A program made the translations under genes and the position numbers. 64,000 nt of DNA from Carcharhinus amblyrhynchos (lineage: Eukaryota). The notes under the pieces are model-generated. The model did no database searches. It saw nothing but the letters and a program-made list of their open reading frames with translations, and was not told the origin of the DNA. Below, one piece after another: positions 37,992-47,586 of this stretch (its first letter is position 1; the number at the start of each line of letters is the position of its first letter). The DNA lies in NCBI GenBank assembly GCA_965287045.1, contig OZ336874.1:65472001-65536000 (forward strand), written 5' to 3'.

Positions 37992-40900
37992 AATGACCTG
38001 GGCGCTTACACCATCATACATTAACAACCAGCTGCTGGTTGTGACCTCACTGCCACTTTGAAAAAAATAGGAACACCAGCGATCAACAGCACAATTTCAA
38101 TTTTCAAACTGATGGCCATAATTTATACTTCCAGTTTTTAAATATAATGAGGCAGCAGCAATTGAAAACACCACAAAGTGACATTGAAAAGTTCTGTTCT
38201 TAACCTGTGATAGGAATACCAACTTGCCTTATGGCAAAATCAACATTTTGCTTCTGAAGGAAAGCTGTTAAATGGCACTAGAGTTTGAGTGACCTTCAGT
38301 TGGCGCTTTCTAACTGACCTTCCCCAGGCAAAGACCATTAATGGCCTGTTATTTTATCTACATTTCAAAGCAAATTTAGCCGGGCTTCCCAGGAGGGTTT
38401 CTTGCATCTGTAAAGATGCAGGATGCAAGATGACTCTTGTTGTTATTGTTGTGTTATAAAGTCACTGGCATTCCCGCTTTTGACCCCTGCACCTTTTGGC
38501 ATCTTCACTTCCTGTGCCATCAGCACAGCCAAAGAGTTTCCACCGCTGCTGGGGTTTGAGGCTATAATAATATTGCAGCACTTGTGAAGCAATTCAGATA
38601 TCAGCTATAAATTATTCAAGGCAGGTTCTGTTTGTTCAACTAGCAGCGAGAAACCCTAAGCTGTAATTTCAGCCGCACACAATTCCCCCTTCTAACTACT
38701 AACCTATTCGATACCCACACCGTTCTTCATAATAGGCTAACAGTTTCATCTTCCATCATTTAACACCTTCCATTTGACCATTTAATTTTTTAGCTTTGCG
38801 ATTCTGAATCAAGTCTGTTTTATTACAGGCTAACCTACTCAAGCCTCCCATTAGATCCCCCCCCTCACCCCCATGACAGAGCCTCATTATCCCACTCTAC
38901 AGCACACCCATGGCCTTGAAGCTTGTGATGCTCACACTGCTCCGTCTCTCTCTCCACCCACCCCTCCCCCCCCCGCCTTTGTTCCTTTAATGTTTGTTTA
39001 AGGATGAAATAATTTTGTTGTGTATGTATAAGAAGCACAGGGGACCTTGCGTCGAGGCTCTGTGTCTGGCAGGAGGCGACTAATGCGAGCCGGTTACATA
39101 TTTCATACACATCCACACAATACTGTTCACAATCCACCCAACCTGTCATGCTCGGGACTCTGCACCAAGCTGTTTATAGGCTCCAGTTAAACACTGCAGA
39201 GTATCCTGGGCGCTGCTGAACACTGAGGCATTTTTAGTCTATTGAGTTTCAAGTTAGGGAAATTGAATATGTTAATTCAGTGCAGGAAGCACTGTGACAT
39301 CCCCTGACACTGTAGGGAAAATTCAACCTTCCTCTCTCCTCCTGAATTAACAATTTAAATCTTTCTCTAATGTTTTACATTTGTCTTTAGCAAACAGCTT
39401 AAATGTCATTAGCAAAATTATATATATTAAAAAGCACTATTATTTTATTACTGCTTAAAATGGCTGCACAGACAGTAAAGCATACATTAGCTTCCAGCTT
39501 CATGAATACATTGAAACTCCCTGTTTCAGCCGAATTAAATCCATTAATGTCTATTGCACATCTAAACCCAGTATGGGAAATTCTTTGCCGTGGTTAGTGG
39601 GGCTGCAGATAGCTACACAAAAATTCATATCACTGCTACAGTATACAAACATTATTAAAGCCTGACCTTTCTTCTTTATTTAGGAAAGATGCTTTTGAAA
39701 ATCTTGCCTCTCCTCTCCATTCACACTAGATAATCACAGCCAGGAGAAGGTCTGACAGTTTATGTAATGGTCTCCTGAGGCAATTTGTCACGCCAAGTAT
39801 TAGCCATCTTCTGGAGCTTAGTAGCCCATTTGTTTCCTTTTTGCTGTGTGCAAATGGTTTAACAGAGAGCTGGAGAAAGAATTGCCTTTCATTCAGTGTG
39901 ACATCCGAGCTGTTTCTACATGTCCATTGTGCTGGTTCTCTTAGCAATTCAAGCCTTAGGCAATAGCCCCATCCAACCTTCAAATTACCACTCCTAATGA
40001 TTGGAACTTTCACATAATAATAAGCTCTGTTTCGTTCGTATTAGTAAAGAACTGATCATCTTTTCACTAAGAATGTAGGACTCATTTATTTTCTACTGCT
40101 AACAGGCTGAGAAGACTTGGCATCCTTCCCATTTCCTTGCACTACACTGTTTTATTTGCTAGAAAAATACCCAAATTCTAGTAACACAAAAGAGACAGAA
40201 TGGCCACTGGCAAACAATCAAGATGGTTAGCACTTTCTCAACCAATCACACCAAAGCACTCCATTCCAACTCAAAAGATGGAAGGAGAAAACTCACAGCA
40301 GCACCACAGAAATTTCTCAATAACAGTCTTACACATTAAATATTTTTTTAAACCACCAGCCTCTGACCTCATTTTCCACTGTAAAAACAAAGCTTGTTTT
40401 GCACCCAAATCCAAACCATTTCTTTCTACACATTCCCTCCGCTGTTTCTATCTGAAGGACAGCAGAAAAGACCTCATTCTTGCGAAGTTTAATTAGCCCA
40501 GTATGCAATTTAATCCTTTGATAAACACGGGGAGCATATTCCTGATTATTACCATTCGTCCACTGAGCTACTAATTTACATGATTCAATTATATCTTCTG
40601 TTTGTTACCACTTGGTCAGCGAGGGAGGAGAGTTCAGCTTCTCCATGTAATTTTGCAGATTTAGACAAAAGGATTATTACCTCAACGCCATTTGAAAAAA
40701 AACTTCAGAAACTGGAGAAAAATGTAAAGGGAAATGTTGCCTGTAGTAGTAAACAGTAATCTCATTCTCCTCAACTGTTAATTCTGATCAAGCATAAAAT
40801 ATTCAGTGGGTCAGAAGGGTATTTGATTCACCATGAATAACTCTATTAAGGTCACCACAGGCTCTCTTACTGCACCACAAACAGCCACACATTCTGGCGC

Positions 40901-42274
40901 TGGAAGGCAAGCATTTCAAGCAATCTAGTTATTCTCAGCACACTACATCATATTTTGTATTGAATTTAGAAAAGCCCCCAGCTATTTTTAGCGTTATAGT
41001 CATTGACCATTTAAAAGGAAAGTCTCCTTTTATTAGTTGACCCAAAGAATGAATGTTGTAAAAAAGGCAAACACTAAACCAAAGCTATTGAACACATATA
41101 TGTTCCAACTTTTAATTTTAACTAAGGGTGCTAAGGCCCAATTCTGTCCTCATTATGAAGACATGACACACACACGTCATTACATATCTGTCATATCGAC
41201 AGCTTCTTTTCCCATCATATCATATGCACTGGTGGTGTAAACCTTAACCATTCATTTCTCCAATTTAGGGTAGCACGTGATAAAAAATGTTTTACAGTAT
41301 TTCAGATAAAACAGGAAGGAAAGCCACTACCCAACGCTGTCCTCCATTACATACAATGCCACAATGGAAGCAGAACAATGCTGGCTGATCACAAACCCAC
41401 AAGAAGGGGGGACTATGAGGTTCTTCAAACAAATTGAACTTTTAACTTTCTGTGTGACCCCCTAGGTGGGAAAATCTACAGCAACTTAAAACGAGCAAAA
41501 ATACAAGTTAAATCAGGTTGACGGCCTTGCCTAGTTACTGCTTTTAAATAGATCTTCACTTGCTGTACATTTTGAGTGCAAAATCTGCTTTTACATCGTG
41601 CTCAGACCTTATCTAGTGGCAAAGCCAGCAAACTGAATATAAATTTTCCAGACTTAACGGAAGGGCAATCATCAGCAAGACATTAGTGCTGCTGCTGCCA
41701 CTCTGATGGCCTCTCACACAATGTGAAAGCAGCTTGAGAAATGCACTGAAATAGGGTTTGAGTTTATAATCATGTTTGCTCACAACCTGCAGTGGGTTCG
41801 CTGCTCTCAGCTGGAGTAGCAGTTGCCGCAATTGACATCAGGGTAGTGAAGGGAAATAATCATCTTCAGGTTCCAGAACCTAATTAATGTCCAGTCAGAA
41901 AGTACACCAGTGGACGTCAGGGTAAAACAGAACTGGGTCAGATAGATAAGGTCAAAGAGCTTCCCAATACTCACTGCCTAGGATCACACAATCCTCAGAT
42001 ATGAGAAGGTTACTTTCATACACGGAATGTCTGATCAGCTTCTGCATCTAATTAGCATGAATTGTATCCCAGTAAAAATCAATGCCTTTAATCGTTGTGA
42101 GGAAATGAGGAAGAAAACTGGCAAGGTGTGTTCTATTCCTGGTTACCCAATTATTACATTTTACCTCAAAGAAATCCCTTGAACTCTTACAAAGCATTCG
42201 TCACACAGCAACAGCCCATTTGGACAACTAGATCGCGTCCAATACCAGCATCCTCCCAACCCTCTTCAGCAACA

Positions 42275-43052
42275 ACTGGCAATTATGTAGCACCCATAAC
42301 CTGGTAAAACACCCCAAAGCACTTTGCAACATTATCCAAAACAGAAAGGAGATGTCAGGTCAGGTAACCGGACATTCGGAAAAATAAGGAGTGTCTTAAA
42401 GGAGAAAAGAGGAGGCGACGTTTAGGGAGGAAAACAGTCCAGATGTTGCAGCAACTAAAATCAGGGATGCCCAAGGGGCCAGGATTGGAAGAGCACAGAT
42501 ATCTCAGAGGCTTCTGGGCTAGAGAAAGTTATAGGGATAGGGAGGGATGAGATTGTGAAAGGATTTGAAAACAAGGATGAGAATTTTAAAGTCAAGATGT
42601 CATTTAACTGGGAACCATTGTAGGTCGGTAAGCACAGAAGTGATGGCTGAATAGGATTTGCTGCGAGTTAGGACATAGGCAGCAGAATTTTAAATTATCA
42701 TACATTTATGGCGGTTGGATGATGGGGCACCAGGCCAGAATGCTCCTGAATAATCAGCTGTAAAGAGAGCAAATAAAAAGTTAGGTATGAGCTGAGACGG
42801 GGTGGAACTGGTTGATAGCCTAAGAGTTGGAAATAGGCAGTCTTTGTGATAGCATTTTATGTGGTTCATTTCAGGGTCAGATACAACACTGAGGTGGTGA
42901 ACAGTCTGGCTCAACCTCAGAGTATTAACAGGGAGAGTGACAGAGTCAGTGGCCAGGGAATGTTGTTTGCAGCAGGGACCAATGGCTTTGGTCTTCCCAA
43001 TATTTAGCTGGAAGGAAATTTCCATGCATCCAATCCTAGATATTGGACAAGC
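42275..43052 (-). mobile_element. L2-clade LINE 3' fragment
   Basis: Minus peptide FQLNIGKTKAI...LRLSQTVHHLSVVSDPEM is L2 RT C-terminal-like; tail-side sequence gtagcacc...ccaaagcactttgca. Confidence 0.75.
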
Positions 43053-43212
43053 TCGAACTCTCTCTGCATAGCCTTCTATCCTTATCTATGTTTATCTAGC
43101 TTTCTCTTAAATCGAAACCTTATGAACGATCATGAGCCCAGCCTCATTAATCAAACAAAGTAACTCAGATTTTATCACAAACAAAACATGCAAGCGATTT
43201 AAAACCACTTAC

Positions 43213-43465
43213 CTTCCTCAGTTTCATGCCACACAATCCCTTCCAGGTTTACACTGGTTCCTGGTTCACAAGGTCCAAGGCATTCCGGCTCAGTCACTAC
43301 TCCAACCTCACACGTGTTTATACCCATTGAACGAGTCCTTACTAAAAGTTGCTCAACTGGTGCAGCAATGCTGGACGAAGAAGGGAAGTAGGAAGGCAGA
43401 ATCTGAGGCGGCATGCTCACAGAGATTGGTGGTGGAGGTGCAGGCACAGTGAACAAGGGATCAAC
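43213..43465 (-). CDS. ZNF608: Internal coding exon of zinc finger protein 608 (ZNF608/ZNF609, brakeless/scribbler family); 253 nt, phase 0 to phase 1
   Basis: Minus strand reads ttctgtttttttcAG|GTT GAT CCC...GAG GAA G|GTaagt, a strong polypyrimidine acceptor and consensus donor. Translation: [84 protein letters not shown]. This matches the conserved ZNF608 segment as I recall it; EVGVVTEP and WHETEEG favour ZNF608 over ZNF609 (DVALATEP, WQETEDG). Confidence 0.95.
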
Positions 43466-43901
43466 CTGAAAAAAACAGAAAAATATCACCATATGTATCT
43501 GCAAAATGACAATTGAATAGACCTAGTCTAGGGCTGCTGCATCAGGGGGGTTTTTTTGCTGCAAGTAAAGTGCATCTTAACGTTGTTGCCACAGTCGAAA
43601 TAATTTACAGTACACATACAAAACAGAAAGTGTCACATTGCCAATGAAGACTCCTGCACAATCACTGTGTGGTTTTAAAACCTCATTAATGTCATCACAA
43701 ATAAATACAGTAAATGTCAGTGTGCAATATTGAAGAATGATAGGAAACATAAGAAATAATCAGTCTTACCTCATTATTCCTCCGAAGGGAAATGATGCTA
43801 AACAAAAAAGCCACACTCTAATGAGCAAATGTAAAGCAATAATCACCCCAGAGAAAGTTGCACTTGTGAAAATTAATATTGGGCAGTATTTAACAGTGGC
43901 G

Positions 43902-44102
43902 ACGGGGGGGGGGGGGGGGGGGGGGGGGGGCGTCTCACCCACCAGCTGGAGAGAAGTGGGGGGTCACCCATCAGCTGAAGGGGGGGGGGCACCCGCCAGC
44001 TGGAGAGACAGTGGGGGCAACTCACCAGCTGGAGATACGGGGGGGGGGGGGGGGGGGGGGGTCTCACCCACCAGCTGGAGAGATGGGGCGGTCACCCACC
44101 AA
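43902..44102 (+). repeat. G-run minisatellite, six degenerate units with core CACCCACCAGCTGGAG
   Basis: Directly visible: G27, G6, G11, G5, G23 and G4 tracts, each followed by a cacccaccagctg-like core. Confidence 0.9.
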
Positions 44103-44103
44103 C

Positions 44104-44600
44104 TTTTTTTTATTCATTTGTGGGAAAGGGTGTCTCTGGCTGGCCTGTGTTTTCTGCCCATCCCTAGTTGCCCTTGAGAAGGTGGTGGTGAGTTGCCTTC
44201 TTGAATCACTGCAGTCCATGTGCTGTGGGTTGACCCACAATGCTGTTAGGGAGGGAATTCCAGGATTTTTAATCCAGTGAGTGAGAAGGAACGGTGATAT
44301 ATTTCCAAGTCAGGATGGTAAATGGCTTGGAGAGGAACTTCAGGTGGTGGTGTTCCTATTTATCTGCTGCCCTTGTCCTTCTAAATGGATGTGGTCATGG
44401 GTTTGGAAGGTGCTGTCTAAGGATCTTTGGTGAATTGCTGCAGTGTATCTTGTAGATAGTACACATTGCTGTTACTGTGCATTGGTGCTGAAGGGAGTGG
44501 ATGTTTGTGGATGTGGTGCCAATCCAGCGGGCTGCTTTGTCCTGGATGATGTCAAGCTTCTTCAGAGTGTTTGGAACTGCACCCATCCTGGCAAGTTGGA
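44104..44600 (-). mobile_element. CR1/L2-clade LINE 3' end
   Basis: Reverse complement of the family at 46700-47586 (peptide NTLKKLDIIQDKAARWIG...IYKIHCSNSPKILRQHLPNP); tail aatgaataaaaaaaa. Confidence 0.85.
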
Positions 44601-44899
44601 GCGACAAAGGAGTTGCCCACCAGTTGGAAAGCCAGCGAGAGCTCTGCATCACCGCTTTTAGGGAAGGTCCACCAAATTAAGTGCCACTCAGGTTTAAATG
44701 AATAGTGGTGGGCCTTTTCTGGGATGAAAGCACCCAGACTCAGTGAAAGCCAGTCAGAGGCAGGCAGGTCTATTGAAGTGGGCATAGCGACCATGGATGC
44801 TGCTAGTACAATGCCCAGCCAAGGTCTACAATCATCACTGGATGCCAGGAGAGACGATGGGGGCAGAAACAAGGATATCTCTCAGCGGGCCCCCGCTTC

Positions 44900-45118
44900 T
44901 ACACATTCTTCCTGTGTCTGGGTAGGTTTTCTCAAGGTGCTCTGGTTTCCTCCCACAGTCCAAAAAACGTGCTGGTTAGGTGGCCATGCTAAATTCTCCC
45001 TCAGTGTACTTGAGCAGGTGCAGAGTGTGGCGACTCAGGGATTTTCACAGTAACTTCATTGCAGTGTTAATGTAAACCTACTTGTGATACTAGTAAATAA
45101 ACTTTAAAATTTAACTTT
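44900..45118 (+). mobile_element. HE1-type SINE, 5'-truncated, with the alternative 3' tail
   Basis: V-domain followed by aaattctccctcagtgtac...gtgtggcgactcagggattttcacagtaacttcattgcagtgttaatgtaaacctacttgtga, as at 28762-28880. Confidence 0.85.
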
Positions 45119-45183
45119 GTGAACCAGATGGATTCCTGCTGATTATCACCTGCCAGGAATGGTAGTGGACAGTTATGGTAGTG

Positions 45184-45500
45184 TGCAGCACAGTAACACA
45201 GTGGTTAGCACTGCTGTTTCACAGCTCCAGGGTCCTGGATTCTATTCCCGGCTCGGGTCACTGTCTGTGTGGAGTTTGCATATACTCCTTGTGGCTGCGT
45301 GGATTTCCTCCGGTACTCCCACAGTCCAAAGATGTGCGTGTTAGGTTGATTGGCCATGCTATGAAACTGCCCCTTAGAGGGATTAGTGGGTATAATATGT
45401 AGGGATATGGGGGTAGGCCTGGGTGGGAAGCGTTCGGTGCAGACTTGATGGGCCAAAGGGCCTCTTTCTGCACTGTAGGGTGCTATGATTCTATGATTAT
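45184..45500 (+). mobile_element. HE1-type V-SINE
   Basis: Head, V-domain and HER1-type tail (tatgattctatgatt); closest to the 33514 copy. Confidence 0.92.
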
Positions 45501-45504
45501 GCAA

Positions 45505-47586
45505 CTAACCAGAGGCACCGTCTCCACAAGTATCCCACCTTCAACGATAGAGGAGCCCAGCACATCAGTGCAAAAGAGAAGGCTTTTAAGTATTTGCCAC
45601 CATCTTCAGCCGGAGTTCCCAAGTGGGTGATTCATTTTAGCATCCTGAGAATCCCAGAAGTGCAGATATCAGTCTTCAGCTAATTCAATTCACTCCACAT
45701 GATATCAAGAAACTGTTGAAAGCACTGGATACTGTTATGGGCCTTGCAACATTCTGGCAGAAGTACTGAACATGTACTCGAGAACAAGCCGTGACTCTAG
45801 CCAAGCTGTTCCAATATAGCTAAACACTGTCATCTGTCTGACGATATGGAAAATTACCCAGTTGCATCTTGTCCACAAGAAGCAGGACAAATCCCAGCCA
45901 GTTAGCTCTTCATCAGTCTACTCTCAATCATCAGCAATGTGATGGAAGGTGTCATCGACACTGCCAGCAAATAGCACTGACTCAGCAATAACCTCCTCAC
46001 TGATGCTCAGTTTGGGTTCCACAGGAGGCACTCAGCTTTTGACCACATTACAGCCTTGGTCCAACTATGGACAAAAGAACCAAACTCAAGAAGTGAGGTA
46101 AGAAGGACTGCCCTTGAAATCCAAGCATTTGACCAAATGTGGCATCAAGGAGTCCTAGAAAAAATGTTCTGAATGGGAGGCAGCAGGAAAACTCTACACT
46201 GGTTGAAGTCATACCCAACACAAAGAAGGTGGTTGTGGTTGTAGGAAGTCGATCACCTCAGTTCCAGGACCTTGATGCAGGAGTTCCTTAGACTAGCATC
46301 TAAGATCCAATCACCTTCAGCTACTTCATTAGTAACCTTCTCTCCATCATAACATCATGGGATGTCCACTAATGACTCCATAATGTTCATTCACAGTTCC
46401 TCAGATACTGATGCAATCCATGCCTATATTGAGCAAGGACCAGCCACAAGTAACATTCATGCCACAAAAGTAGCATGCAATGACCATCTTTAACAAGAAA
46501 GAATCTAACTATCTCCCTGGACAGATAATGGCATTACAATGCTGAGTCTCCCACTGGGGGTTACCATTGACCAGAAACTGAATTGGATTTGCCATTTAAA
46601 AACTTCAGCTACAAGACCAAGTCAAAGGCTGGGAATCCTGCGGTGAGTAACTCACCTCCTGACTTCCCAAAGCCTGTCCAGTATCTACAAGGCACGTGTC
46701 AGGAGTGTGATGTAAAACTCTCCACTTGGCTGGATGTGTGCAGTGCCAACAATACTCAAGAAGCTCAATACCATCCAGGACAAAATAGCCCAGTTGATTT
46801 GTATCCTATCCACCATCTTAACCATTCACTTTGGCAGTGTGGGGGACCCTGGGGTGGGGAGTTTGCTGGTGAATCTGTGAAACTGGGCTACCGAGAGGAA
46901 AGTGCAGTGCACACATACAGGTGTTTGCTGCACACGTGCAAAAACCAAACATCAGAAATATGGAACAGCAACTGCTGAGCAAAAAAAAACCTGTATCACA
47001 GGACAACTGCCTCGAATACAGGGCTGTGCTGTAAAATCCAGAACAGTTGTACACTCTGCCTCCACCGCCTGTGCATACTGGGAGCAGTGACCATCTACAA
47101 GATGCAGGTTCACCAAGGCCCCTTAGACAGTATCTTTCAAACCCACAACCTCTACCACCTAGAAGAACAAGGGCAGCTGATGGATGGGTTTACCATCACC
47201 TGAAAGTTCCCCTCTCCCAACAGCACTGTGATGCATCTGCAATGATACGGAGATGCCGGCGTTGGGCTGAGGTAGGCACAGTAAATAGTCTCACAACACC
47301 AAGTTAAAGTCCAACAGGTTTATTTGGAATGACAAGCTTTCGGAGCTTTGCCCCTTCATCAAGTGACTCACCTGATGAAGGAGCAGCGGTCCGAAAGCTC
47401 ATGATTCCAAGTAAACCTGTTGGACTTTAACCTGGTGTTGTGAGACTACTAAGTGTATCTGCAACACATGAACTGCAGTGGTTCACGAAGGCAGTTCATT
47501 GCCACCTTCTCATGGGTAATTAGGGATGAGTAGTAATCGCTGGCCTAGCCAGCAACCCCCACATCCTGTGTACAGATTTTTAAAAA
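45505..47586 (+). mobile_element. CR1/L2-clade LINE, about 2 kb, RT region to 3' end, degraded, with nested inserts at about 46835-47045 and 47243-47453
   Basis: Recognisable RT remnants: aagctgttccaatatagc (KLFQYS), atcagtctactctcaatcatcagc (ISLLSIIS), cagtttgggttc (QFGF), gcatttgac...tggcatcaagga (AFD-WHQG); 3' tail ggcctagccagcaacccccacatcc. Confidence 0.88.
47243..47453. mobile_element. Penelope-like element remnant: inverted pLTR pair forming a palindrome, with hammerhead cores
   Basis: 81-bp arms 47286-47366 and 47368-47448; CTGATGA..GAAAGCTC at 47372-47400; TSD-like tgcatctgcaa (47232-47242) / tgtatctgcaa (47454-47464). Confidence 0.88.

Larger units (their letters stand above)
1..43212 (-). 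other. ZNF608: ZNF608 intron downstream of the exon (partial)
   Basis: Starts at the GT donor at 43212-43211. I could not find the expected next exon ([20 protein letters not shown]) in the window, so the intron probably continues past position 1. Confidence 0.7.

Noticed and set aside
43902-44102. Repeat-spacer-like pattern (CRISPR-like)
   Set aside because: Spacers are G homopolymers, units are degenerate, there are no cas genes and the context is vertebrate; it is a minisatellite.
47286-47448. Long hairpin as a microRNA gene or a DNA-transposon MITE
   Set aside because: The arms match a Penelope-type terminal repeat also present at 15751-15822, there is an asymmetric 5' extension, and the TSD is 11 bp; there is no evidence for miRNA processing.
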